DNA from: the human T2T-CHM13v2.0 reference genome, Homo sapiens
Length of the DNA stretch: 64,000 bases
Strand: one strand, 5' to 3'
NCBI RefSeq assembly: GCF_009914755.1
Contig: NC_060936.1
The translations under genes were made by a program, and so were the position numbers. The notes under the pieces are model-generated. The model was given only the letters and a program-made list of their open reading frames with translations, had not been told where the DNA came from and made no database searches. Shown here piece by piece: positions 35,721-51,720 of this stretch; the first letter of the stretch is position 1; every line of letters begins with the position of its first letter.

Positions 35721-37449
35721 TTATTACCAGCGAATACTGCCCCTACACAGAGCCTCCCACGTATGTGGATATATCACATAGCTTTTTCTCACTTATCATG
35801 TCTTTATTGTTCTCTTGTGAAGTAGAACAAGACAGACAGGTCTCCCTATCCAAGCCAAACACAAGAGACTTACAGAGCCAAACACAAGAGACTTAAGGTA
35901 ATTGTCAGCAGCAAATGCTCAGGTTGGTTATTTTTTTCTCTGTATCTTCCCTTATTACCCGCCAACACAGCCCCTACGCAGAGCCTCCCACGTAGGAGAA
36001 GACTTTACATATACTTCTAAAATGTTTTCCTCAAGAGAAAGAGAAAACAAGATCCAGGAATATAGCCCACAGAAACCAGCAAAGGACAGAGGAATCACTC
36101 TCCACCCATAGCAATCACCAGCTCAGAGAAACTCTGAGTTTGGAGAGTCTTTTGCATTCACCTAATTTCATCCTTGCATTATGTACAGGAGAGGACCAGG
36201 GAGTCATGCAGAGAGGTACCAGCCCGGCCAGTCCGGGAGCTTCTAGACAATTGTTCCCCAAAGCAATGCCCTTCCCACCGCCCTGTGCTGGACCCCAGTC
36301 TCAAGCCCTTAAGAGACTTCAGGTGCTTATCTCTGCAGGCAGCAAAGTGCAGGAGCAATAGCCACATCCCATCCTAATTCTACACATTGCAGTGTGCGAC
36401 TTGTTTTTGACAATCCCATTCTTGTCCCAGTGAGAACAATGGAGAAAATAGCATGTGAGGGGATATTGCTAGACCAGCAAACAAAATGCATTTGTCTGTC
36501 TGATTTGTGATCCATTTCTACTATTCACCTCTCAAAGAAATGCTGGGAAGAGCTTGGAAGCTAGCAATTAAGCAGTTCAAACTCTTTGGAAAGTTTCTAG
36601 TGCCTTAGAATTCCAGGAAGTGCTGAATCATAGAGTCGCAGAATAGGAAAAGATTTGTAAGACAAGAATAAAATTAATATTTATTGAACACCTCCCATAT
36701 TATTGGATATATTTTGTCTCAACCTCACAGTCACTCTCAGAGGCGGGTGTACTGTGATCTCCTGTTAGAGGAGGAAACTGAGGGTCAGAGTGGTTAATTG
36801 GAACTGGTAAGCTAGGATTTGAACTTAGGTCTATTTGGACTGAAGAAACAACTACTCAGAAGTATTATGCTATTACTTTCTTTGTTCTCACTTCCTCTTT
36901 CTTACTGGAGGATGCTCAGTTCATAACCTCTATCTGTGAAAGATACTTCCCCCCCTACTATCTTCAGATTATCTTCTTAGAGATAGAAACATTCTACAAC
37001 CACATTTGTATCTGCCTTTCACAACTATTATAGTAAACAAGTTCTTCCTAGCATCTAACTTAAATCCCCCCAATACACTGAGAGCCACCAGCTCTGCCCT
37101 CAGGGAACATGAAACATGGCTAGAACATTCCAGTTAGCAGCAGCTTCCCAGTCTTGGTTCCAAACTGCTTCTGTTAAAAGAATCACCAATTCAAAACACA
37201 TGCACTGTCATGAACCCTCGCCCCAATCCAGATGCTCCACTCCTTGGGCCCCTTTAAGGGTGAACATGAATATCACTCAGGCTCAGGCCCTGTTATCCAG
37301 ATGCCATCAAGAGGGATCAAGGCTTTCCTTCTATCTCCATTTCCGAGCTAAGCCTAGATTGGACCTCCTTTTTCAAAGTACATTCTAGGACTACCATTTT
37401 ATGTGATCAAATAAAGGGCCTATTTATATCTGAGCTGTGTCAGGGATGA

Positions 37450-37680
<231 letters not shown>

Positions 37681-38017
37681 TAGTAGAGATGGGGTTTCAC
37701 CATGTTGGCCAAGCTGGTCTTGAACTCCTGGCCTCAAGTGATCCGCCTGTCTCAGCCTCCCAATAAGATTACAGGTATGAGCCACACTGCCCAGCCCACC
37801 TTCTGTGTTTCTTTACTAACAGAAAAATGTAGCCCTTTGCAAAAGTGCATGCATGCAGCATGATAGAGAATATCTTTCAGTCTTGCTCCTTTAGGGGTAT
37901 ATCTTTATTCTTTATGTATTTAATAGCTGATTTCAATAATAGCTCATGTTCAATGAGTGCGTACTATGTGCTGGGCTTTCCATGTTTTAAGCTTTACATG
38001 TTTTAGCTCATTCTTAG

Positions 38018-38194
<177 letters not shown>

Positions 38195-38660
38195 TAGGTG
38201 TGTGCCACCATGCCTGCCTAATTTTTGTGCTTTTTTGGTAGAGATGGGGTTTCACCATGTTGGCCAGGCTGGAGCATTTTGATTTTACAATTGAGGCAAA
38301 GAAGGGAAGCAAATTGCGTAAGGCTGCCAGGTAATAAGTGACTGAACCTGGCCAATCTAATTCCAGAATACATGCTCCTGAGCACTCTGTTAGTTAGTAT
38401 TCATTTTGGCTGTGATAGCAGAACCCAAAACAACAGTGGTTTAAATTAAATGGAAGTTTATTTCTCTTAGGTAGAAGTCCAGAGGTTAGTCCAAACTAGA
38501 TAGTCCAAAACTAGACTAGAAGCTCAACTCCACACAGTGCTCAGGGCTCCAGGCTCCTTCTCTATTCCAGTACTCCTAATGTGTAGTTTCATCCCCAACA
38601 TCCAAAATAGATGCTAGAACTTCAGCCATCTCATCAGTATTCCAAGCAGCAGGATGAAAG

Positions 38661-40092
<1,432 letters not shown>

Positions 40093-42034
40093 TGAGTTAT
40101 ACCTGTCGTCGTCACTGCTCTGTCTCTGTACCTGGCACACTGTAGATACTCAATACATATTTGTTGAAAGGATGAATAAAGACCAGCTTAGATATTCAGA
40201 CTTTTAGATCCTACTTCCTCTAGTGCCATGGAAGAATCCTAGAAGGAGCTCACATTTTATTATGCTTGCCACCGCAAGATGAGAGATAAGTACTACTAAA
40301 ACTCATTTTACAGATGTTAAACACTGGGGTTAAATGACTTGCCCAGGGTCACACAAACCCTAAGTGGTAGAACCAGGATTTAAACTCATGTTCTTCAACA
40401 TGATGCTCTTTTGTTTCTTTAATATGGATCAACTATTTATTCCATTGCAATAGATTTACCATAGCTCAAATCATTCCCTGGGAAACAGAAAGTCTATTCT
40501 ATAGCTTTTTCATATAACAAGTAACCTAATACACAGATGTGAGCCCTGTCACTTGACACCGCCCATGTTATAGAAAAGTTCCACTCTGCCTCACAGACTA
40601 TTTGCTCGCATTGAGGTGCCAAACTGGATTGGCGGAGAGGAGCGTATATTGAACTTGAATGTTTACTTTACTCGTGAGCACACACATCTGTTTTTGTTTA
40701 TGGGGATGGCGGCAATCAGAGCGAGCTCTCCTCAGCAGACATTCTTGACAGTGGATTTCTCTCCCAGTCTGAGAAGTTTTATTATCTCTGAGGCTGGCAA
40801 GCAGGCTGTCAGTTTAGACCGTGCCCTTTTGAACCCAGAGGCTTCTGGGCTCTTCTGTTCTTTCCAAAGAGGCATTATTACTTCAGGGCTGAACTGAATC
40901 TTAAGGAGATGTGAGATTTTGCGGTGGAGTAACTACATCCACGGGACCTCACATAGACCTGGAAGAGTGAAACAGTTCTAAAAGCCCCTCTCTTACCCAT
41001 TGACAAATTCAAAGTACAAGAGCTGAGCCCTTATCTGTTCTACTTTCTTAGGGGCCCTCATTCCTCTGCCCTCTTTTGCATCCATTGCCCCAGCTCTTGC
41101 ACGTGCGGCAGAGGGGAGGTTGCCCGCATGGGGAATAGTTTCTGTTTCCTTCCTTTGTTGACATACCTTTAGGGAAGGCATAATGCACACAGATTGCACT
41201 GGCACGTGTTGTCTCGTAACGTGTTTGGTATTAGTAGCCTTCAGGTGGTTTCTGGCTAGTTCTTCCTCTGTCTTAGATGCAGACTGGCCCCTGCACTGTC
41301 TTAACACAGAGGCAGGTTTGGATAGTTGGTGGTGGGTTGCATGAGGACTTGGCTTTTTCACTCAGCTACTTTCCTTGAAAGAAGAGTTAAAAGCAGCACT
41401 TTATGTTCCTTGGATACAAGCAACTATGACTGGGTTTTTCCATCTGTCCTGTCACCCCAAGTGATGAGACCAGTAGTCAATTCATTGGCTGGCAGAAGGT
41501 ACATCCTGTGGCACTTTATGTAAGTGAAGCTTTTTCAAAGAGCAGGATATGAAAAATTAGTGGCTATGGGAGGCGTGAATACAGAGGGCCTTGGTAGTAA
41601 GTGTGTCCATGAAGTGCTGTTCAGTCTGACTTTGTATTTATAGTCTAGCTCAATAAAAATGATGTGACTTTTTTTTCTTGGTTACAAAGGAAATAGGATG
41701 GCTCATAGGTCAATAATTCCATATCTGATTTCTTAGACCTGTGACATTTATATCACACTTCCAACAGTTAAAACTTTTGTCTTCTGAAATATCTGCTCAT
41801 TCCACTGGGAAAAGCATTTTGGAATACACATAACCTTCTGTGACCCCAGCCATTCGTTTCCCTTAACCTCCCCACACCCTGCATGCCATACTTACTTATT
41901 TAATTTTTTTTTTTCTTTGAGCCAGAGTTTCACTCTTGTTGCCCAGGCTGGAGTACAACGGTATGATCTCGGCTCACTGCAACCTCCACCTCCTGGGTTC
42001 AAGCGACTGTCCTGCCTCTCAGCCTCCCAAGTAG

Positions 42035-42256
<222 letters not shown>

Positions 42257-43869
42257 TAAGTGTTCCCAAATTATAACTCTTCCAAGTAACGGGAACTAGA
42301 GGTTTCTTCCTGTGGTGCTGACAGAGGTGACAGTGGGTAAGCAACAGGTGGTTAAAGGTTTGAGCAGGAAGGGGCCCTGTACCCACTCCAGTGTCTTTAA
42401 GGTAGATATAAGGCATGTGGAAGTGTGAGAACCGGACACTGCCTTCAGTGCTGTGGGAACCCAGGTGAAGTTTCCCCTTTATAAAGTTTTCCCTATGCCT
42501 CCCTTAGAGGGATGAGGCAGCAGAACAGAGCTCCCTGCCTTTACACAGCCATGCAGGGTCCAGGATCCCCACCATCTAAGAGAGACAAAGAAAACTGGGA
42601 AAGAGATCTGTTATTGAGCTTCCTGCCAATTTTGTCCTGTGGGACACTCAAACTGGATTTAATTTGATATAGCAAAATAAAGAAATACTCACCATACACT
42701 CTATGAGTGTTGTGTAAAAATTCTTAACTGTTAACAATATATAAAAAATCAATCTCAATTTGCAAGGATATTAATATTTAAATCAGAAAATTTTCTCCAT
42801 TAGATTAACACATATGTGCCTGGGTACAGTGGCTCACGCCTGTAATCCCAGCACTTTGGGAGGCCGAGGCAGGCCGATCATTTAAGGTCAGGAGTTCGAG
42901 ATCAGCCTGGCCAACATGGCGAAATCCTGTCTCTACTAAAAATACAAAAATTAGATGGAGGTTGCAGTGAGCCGAGATCTTGCCACTGCACTCCAGCCCC
43001 AGCAACAGAGTGAGACTTCATCTCAAAAAAAAAAAAATATATATATATATATATAATATTTCAGTCTCAGGGGCAACAAAGATATTTTTAAAAGCTCACA
43101 GCCAATGATGGTGAGTGAGGGTATGGAGAAATGGTCATGCTTACACACTTTCATTAGATACATAAATTGGTACAATCCTTCTGGCACATAATTTGATAAA
43201 TAATAACAGCCTTAAATTTCGACCTAGTAATTCTTTTTCCACCAGTCTATTATTTAGTGGAAGTTGTTATTATTATGAAATAATCAGAAACTTGGATAAA
43301 AATTTATAAACAAAGCTGTTTATGGGAGCATTATTTATAGTTCTAATAAATGTGATGTTAAAAGTATGATTTGAATAATGAAAAATGGTTAAATAAATGA
43401 TGGCACATCCATAAAATTTAATATTGAGGTAGACGTTAAGGTCCTTCAAACCTATTATGGCTTCCTCCCAGATTAAGTTAGAAATAAACACATGTATAAG
43501 CCAGCTCTTGCCGCATAACAAACCACCCCAAAATTCAGTGGCTTAAGACACTGTCAAAATTCATGGACTGGCTGGATGAATCTTTTGGTCTGAGCTGGCT
43601 CAGCTGGAACTGGTTGCATGTATGGGACAGCTGGGATGGCTCATCCTCTCTCTCCATGTGGTCTTTCATCCCCTAGGTCAATCTTAGGCTATTCTAAAAG
43701 CATGAAGAGAGAAAAGCCCCAATGCACAAGCATGTGTCAAGCTTCTGCGCATGTTACATTTGCTAATGTCCCATCAGCCAAAGTAAGTCACATGGCCAAG
43801 CCCAGAGTCAACAAGTGGAGAAATAGACTCAATCTCTTGATTGGAGGATCCGCAAAATATTGTAGCCAT

Positions 43870-43872
<3 letters not shown>

Positions 43873-43927
<55 letters not shown>
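43873..43927 (+). repeat. (CA)n microsatellite
   Basis: About 27 perfect AC units. Confidence 0.97.
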
Positions 43928-43928
<1 letters not shown>

Positions 43929-44868
43929 TGGCTGGGCTGACGCCTGTAATCCCAGCACTTGGCAGATCACTTGAGGCCAGGAGTTTGAGAGCAGCCTGGC
44001 CAACATGGTGAAACCCTGTCTCTACTAAAAATACAAAAATTAGCTGGGTGTGTGTGCATGCCTGTGATCCCAGCTACTTGGGAGGCTGAGGCATGAGAAT
44101 TATTTTAACCTGGGAAGTGAAGGTTGCAGTGAGCCAAGATTGCACCACTGCACTCTAGCCTGGGCGACAGAGAAAGACTCTGTATCAAAAAAAAAAGAAA
44201 AAAATTAAAATTAAATATATATATTTATTTCACACCATGTAACTTGCTTTGGCTAATAAAATATGTATACTTTTCTATATTCTCCTTTCCTCTTGCTCGA
44301 TGATCAGATACATTTGAAATAGCAGCTGCTCAGTCGGGCTCTGTTTCAAAGTGATCAAAATGCTGTCCTGCACCAGACATGAGGCTTGAATCAGAAACAA
44401 ACCTTTGCTGTATTAAGTCACATAGAGAATTTTTGTTATTGCTACATAACCTACTTTGTCTAAAGTAATACAAAAATTATGGAGGGACTGAAATGATGTT
44501 TTTAGAAAATAATTATGTGAGAAAGAATTCAATAATAAAACTCTTTGTAAATGAGCAGCCTATGAAGCAGATGCATACTTGTATATGTTGTATAATCCCA
44601 AATTTGCATTTGTATTTGCAAACACATACACACATATATACTGAAAGGAAATATATCAAAATTTTAACAGTGGGTTACAGGTAATTATTACTTTTTTCTT
44701 CTCCGTATTTTCTGAATTTTTGATAATGAGTTTGTATTATCATGGGTAAATGATATATATATTTTTTCAATTTCTCCCTAGCCCGTCCCTATAAGAGTAT
44801 TACTCAGCTGAGCGTGGTGGCTTACGCCTGTAATCCCAGCAGTTTGGAAGGCCGAGGCAGGTAGATCA

Positions 44869-45111
<243 letters not shown>

Positions 45112-45778
45112 TCATCCCTGTCCATCAGCAGGTGGTTTACTATCCTTCTTGTGGGGGAATTTTATGTCTCCATCTCACTGGACTTGGGCTTGGCCATGTG
45201 ACACACTTTGGCCAATGAAATGTGAGTAAATATGGTGTCTGCTATGTTGGGTGTTTAAGATGCATTGTGAGTTTTGGCCAGTTTTCTTGCTCTTTCCCAG
45301 GTACGTCTCATGAAGGAGTTACTCTCTTAGCCTGGTTCCTGGAATGAGACAGAAATACAGAGAGCGAGAAAAAAATGTTTGTTCTGAGTTGTTGAGATTT
45401 GGAGGGGTTTTGTTAACACAGCTAACCTCACTAAGAAAATGTATTTTTTACTTTAAAAAACACACCTAAGAATATGACCATCAGTGACTCATAAGCCACC
45501 AAATTCTAAGTCCTGTCTGTAAAGGACACTGCTTCCTTCTTTATCCCACACCATTTTCTCTCTCTCTCCCTTTCAACTTCAAGGTGGTATACTACAAAAT
45601 CAGGTTGTCCTGAAATAAACCAGTTCACAGATACAAGGTCTACTCTCGTCCTCTTGTAAAGTAGTAGGTCACATTCCCGTTTTCTGGAGATGTACCAGGA
45701 GCTGTCACTTCTTTGGACCTCAGGACAGGTTAAAAAAAAAAAAGGAGCTCATCTCTTTTTCTACTGAATATTACAGAG

Positions 45779-46028
45779 CAGGGGTGTCCAATCTTTTGTC
45801 TTCCCTGGGTCACATTGGAAGAAGAAGAATTGGTGGTCTTGGGCCACCAATTTTTTTATGTGTAGTCTTGGGCCACACATAAAATATACTAACACTAACG
45901 ATAGCTGATGAGCTAAAAAAAAAAAAAATCTCATAATGTTTTAGGAAAGTTTACAAATTTGTGTTGGGCCGCATTCAAAGCCATCCTGGGCCGCATGCAG
46001 CCCATGGGCCGCGGGTTGGACAGGCTTA
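45779..46028. mobile_element. MER30 hAT MITE with a small internal rearrangement
   Basis: caggggtgtccaatcttttg...gggccgcgggttggacaggctt; degenerate 8-bp TSD ttacagag/ttctagag. Confidence 0.85.
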
Positions 46029-47556
46029 TTCTAGAGAATATTTTAACACTGGCAGGGAGTATGGCATCATTCAGAAGTCATTAACCAGCATAGAACCCTT
46101 ATTCTGAATTAAAGTGGACTTGTTTCTTTCAAAACCTCGCCAGGGATTTCTTAAAATGTACAGAAGATTGATCATTTATACACAAAATGCTCATTTATTC
46201 AAAGAAAATGAAACTTCTTATCTTTCTACAAATTACCTAATCCTCCTATAAGCTCCACCCTGCTGAGTAACAAGGAAACTTAGATTTAAGTATTTCAGTG
46301 TCCCCTCTGTCTTCTGCTCCAAGTGGCTTGTTAGGGTTTGCTGATTGTGTCGCTGTGGTGGTGGGTGGGTGGAACTCCAATCTTTGTGTTGGTCTCATGC
46401 CAGATCTTCACCCGTTTTGAAGAAATGATTTCCCTGTCTACCCTGTCACTCCTCACTCTACCGGCACCTTCTGCAAACATCTGTGGCTACAGTAATACTC
46501 TTGGTCTGCTGTCTCTCAGCTCAGCCAGGGTTTGGGGGCCTCCTGGTTAACTTGCATCATCTCAGCTCTCTGAGATTGTGTATTTCTTTAAAGGTGTGGG
46601 GATTCCCATTCGATCACCAGCCCAGGTGGTCTGCCCGCAAGCTCCCACTTTGGTAACCCTCTGCTGAGCTTGCCAGCACACCATCTACTTTCTTTATCTT
46701 TCAATGGGCCCTTGAAGGACTTCAGGGCACTCTTCACACCACATGAGAGCCAAGGACAGCTGGGCTTAGCAGCCCAGATTGGTAGAGGGTGCACTCTGTT
46801 TTGTTCCAATTGCTGCCCTTATACAGGAGAAGAATTTTCTGCCTTGCTGGAAAGATGTGAGCTAGACTTCCTGTCCTTGGCTTTGGGTGAAGGTCACAGA
46901 AGGAAGTTGGGCCCTATTATCCCAGTGGTTGCAGTGAGGTCTCTGCAGGCTCTTCAGATCTGAATGAGATTCTCTTCTGCTTCTCTGAGAGTCATTCTCT
47001 AGTCATGTTTGGGAGCATAATTCCCATCTGCTTATCATTTCCCCGGCATAGAACATAGGAGGTCAGGATCGCACAACATTCCCTTGTTGTTCTCAGGATG
47101 CCTCTGAACTCCGATCCTTGAATGTTTTGCTCCAATTCATGCTGAATTTCTTGAATGGCCCCCAGCACACCGGTGCCATGTTACTTCCTACTTCTGAGCC
47201 TTGGCCCATGCTGTTTTCTCTGCCCAGACTGCCCTTCCAACATCCACTGCTCTTGGAAAACTTCTGCTCATCCCCTAAGACACTGCGCAGGACTCTTTCT
47301 CTGAGATGTTCACTTCACTCTGGGCACTTTGCATGATGAACTTCATCAAAAAACCTTCTGTGTCTGTCTTCATCATGAGAATGAAGGTCCTAAGGGGCCA
47401 GGGTTTCATCTAAAACATTTTTGTTTTCCTAATGTCTGGTACAGAAAAATGCTCAACAAATGTTGGTTTGCAAAAATAAACCTTGGGCTAGTCGCGGTGG
47501 CTCAAGTCTGTAATCCCAGCACTTTGGGAAGCCAAGATGGGCAGATCACGAGGTCA

Positions 47557-47829
<273 letters not shown>

Positions 47830-48516
47830 TCACTGTATTACTTCTTACAACTGCAAATGAATTTACAGTGATGTGACAATAAAAAGTTTAATAATAATTT
47901 TTTTTAAATCCCTAAATGAACAGAGCCCATCATTTTTGAAAGCTCCCTGGTTACCCCCTGGTAGAAGACCAGAGTCCAAAGTAAGTCTGAGGCCTTGAAG
48001 AAGATGCCATTTTCAAGTGAAGAGTGGATGCTTCAAATTATTAATAGTTGGATCCCCCACTTGCCCTCAGAACCATCAAGTTCAGAAAGCTTTGAAGGAA
48101 GTTGGAGCACCTGTTAGCACATACAAATTACAGCAATTATAAAAAGGAAAGCCTCTGGGCAGATGAATTAGAAAAAAATGGGCTTCTCTAGGCTTGGTGG
48201 GTGGTAGTGTCTTTGTGTGAAATAAAAGCATGGTATTCCTTCCACTGGATGCTTCAGCCACACAAGCTAAGAGAGGAGTCAATTGCAGCCTCTTTCTTCC
48301 CCTCAGTCCGTCTCTGTTGTGTAAGGCATAACCTGAACGCAGCAGCCCAGGCCTGAGTATTTTCCTAGGTTTGCCATCTCATTTCAAAGGGCCAACTACC
48401 ATGTTTTCATCCCCACTGGAGTGTCTGCTCATGTGGAAACATTATCTTTGGTTTGTAGCAAAAACTTAGTATTTTCTGTTAAATTTCTTAAATGGGTCAG
48501 TGTAAATAAAGAGTTA

Positions 48517-48871
<355 letters not shown>

Positions 48872-48888
48872 TTAGTGAAGATCCCCTC

Positions 48889-49228
48889 TGTCTTAGTCCA
48901 TTCAAGCTCTAATGATAGTATACCATAAGCTGGGTGGCTTAGAAACAGCATAAACTTATTTCCTACAGTTCTAGAGGCTGGGAAGTTCAAGAGCAAGTCT
49001 GGCAGATTTGGTGTCTAGTGAAAGCCTACTTCCTGATTCACAAGTGGTGCCTTCTGCTGTAATTCACATGTTGGAAAGGACAAGGGAACTCTTTCAGTTC
49101 TCTTTTATGAAGGCACTAATCCCATCCCTGTGACTTCATCGCCTCCCAGAGGCCCCACCACCATCACCTTGGGGGTTAGGATTTCAATATATGAATTCAG
49201 GGGGGACATAAACATTCAGACCATAGCG
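48889..49228 (-). mobile_element. MST/MLT1A-type MaLR solo LTR
   Basis: tgtcttagtccatt...aacattcagaccatagc; near-perfect 5-bp TSD ccctc/tcctc. Confidence 0.85.
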
Positions 49229-51188
49229 TCCTCCTTTGGAGTTTCTTCCTAGTGGAAGTTCTTGTTAGGATAAAGTTTTCTGTAGCGGATCTTTTGTTTG
49301 CTTGTTTGTTTTAATACCTGGAGAGTGAAAGTGAGGATCCAGGAACCAATTCTGGTCTCTTTATGTTTCTCAAAGGAGTGGTCCTACAGGACTTTGCTAA
49401 GCAGGCAGAAATATGCATCTTAGTTAAGATTACAATCACTGCACATAGTATATTTGTTGCATGGAGTGAGGGTGGAGTAACAGCTTGTTAAAGTCATTTT
49501 TTAAATTAAGAAATGTCTATAAATGTATTTGCATCTATTATTGTCTTTGATTTCTTTTCCACAAGACTATGAATTCTTTATGCATGAGGACCTTGAGTTC
49601 ACACTTGTATGGCTAATCTGCTGGGGTCTGATGTTGTCCTGCCAAGGTGGCACAGATACACACCTGACAAGTGACATGTAGCAGAGAGTGAAATATGGCT
49701 TACTGGGGATGCTTCGATGTGGAGTGGCAGCAGAATGCATAGTACCCTGGCTGTAATCATTGACAAAAACTGTGTGCTTGATCAGCCAGAGCTGGATGCT
49801 AGCTTCCCGGGAGTGGCTCCTGGGAAAGGACCCTGCCCCTTACTGCTCTATGTATTTTGGGGAAATGATGGCAGAGGACATCTAGCACACTGCAGATATT
49901 GGGAACTTCTTGGTTGAAGAAGCAGCCTTGTTAGAAGAGAGACCTTTTAGAATTTAGCCTCAGGCATCAGCCTGCTTTTCCTTTGAACTAACACAGACCT
50001 GCTCAGCCAGCTTCTTGCTAAACTACCAGGAAGGCTGCTGGGATTTATCTGTCCTCTAGCACTGAGTAGGTAATTGGGAACTCAGTAAGTGTTGAATGAA
50101 TGGAACTATTATTGTTAGGAGGAAATTCATATTTATTTCATTTAAATTTGCTCTCCTCTTGCAATCTGGCTATGGGAAGGTCCCTTAGGAATGGATGGGC
50201 TAGGCAGGGCCAGGGGGATTTTCTCTGCCTGCCCATTTCATAGAGAAGGGAGGGGGCAGATTAGCTACCATGAGGTTTTTTGTTTGTTTGTTTGTTTATT
50301 TGTTTTCTGAACCTGGATCCTAAGAATAAAAACCAAGAGAGCTTCTCTGTCCTGCTGAGTAGAAGAGGTAGCCACTGGAGAGACCTTGGTACAGAGGAAC
50401 CAGAGAAGGCATAGCTATATGCCCCAAATCACAGTTTGGGCAGAGTAGCCCAAGGAGAGTACACAGATTGGGCAGAGTAGCCCATCGTACCCCACTGTGC
50501 GAAGGAGAACCTAGAGACCATTCTTGGGAGGACTCTGGGAAGGTATGACGGTCATGTTGTTTCAGCCCAAACCTCAGGGCAGCCACGTGGCAGCTGTTAA
50601 GTGCTCTTTTGGAGGTAAATGTGTGAAACCAGGACTGTTCCAAGGGCAAAGAAAGTCCAGGATTCATCATTAAGATGGGTTTCCTGTGGTCCCTGAAGGC
50701 CTCAGCATCACAGGAGATTCCAGATCTGCTGCTCTGGGGATCCACATGAGGCGGGATGATGTGCCTGCTGAAATTAAAGGGACAGGGTGGTGGGAAAAGT
50801 CTCCATCCCAGGATGGCAGGCTTCCACAGCCACAGCAACTCATGACAGGCCTCACTGGGGGATGAGCAGAGCTGCGTCCTTTGGAGCCAGAGACATCAGG
50901 TCTCAGGTAGTGTGAAGGATCCTAGCCATGGAGTGGCCAGCCAGTAAACTGTGTTGGGCAGCAGAGGAGTAAGAAGCTGCATGTCCTTCCATGGGCAAGA
51001 AGAGGCACTGCAAGAGAAGGCAGAAAATGTGTTTCTGGGCATTGGGCAAGCCTTTTTTTATCTCTCCCTCAAATGGAACAGAATCCCAGGGTAGGATGGA
51101 TCTGTGACCTCATGGTAACAGGTGGACCTAATAACTTGAAATACCAAGGATAAGGAAAGAGCCTGTTCTACTGAAGGTTCATATGGCC

Positions 51189-51720
51189 CAGTGGTCCCCA
51201 AGCATTTTGGCGCCTAGGGCCCAGTTTCATGGAAGACAATTTTTCCATGGACCAATGTGGGGGGAGGGGTGATTTCAGGATGATTCAAGCACGTTATATT
51301 TATTGTGCACTTTATTTCCATTATTATTACATTGCAATATATAATGAAATAATTATACAACTCACCATAATGTAGAATCAGTTGGAGCCCTGAGCTTGTT
51401 TTCCTACAACTAGATGGTCACCTCTGGGGCTGATGGGAGACAGTGACAGATCATCAAGCATTAGATTCTCATAAGGAGTTCGCAACCTAGAACCCTCACA
51501 CGTACAGTTTGCAATAGGGTTTGCGGTCCTATGAGAATGTAATGCTGCTGCTAGTCTGACAGGAGGCAGAGCTCAGGCGGTAATGTGAGTGATGGAGAGT
51601 GGCTACAAACACAGATGAAGCCTCTGTCACTCACCTGCCACTCACCTTCTGCTGTGTGGCACAGTTCCTAACAGGCCACGGACCAGTACTGGTCCGTGAC
51701 CTGGGGCTTGGGGACCCCAG
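51189..51720. mobile_element. MER1A (hAT-Charlie) non-autonomous DNA transposon, full length
   Basis: Terminal inverted repeats cagtggtcccc...ggggaccccag; perfect 8-bp TSD atatggcc (51181-51188, 51721-51728); 532 bp. Confidence 0.9.

Noticed and set aside
50320-50838. 172-aa minus-strand ORF
   Set aside because: Non-ATG start, no recognisable homology, no clear exon structure
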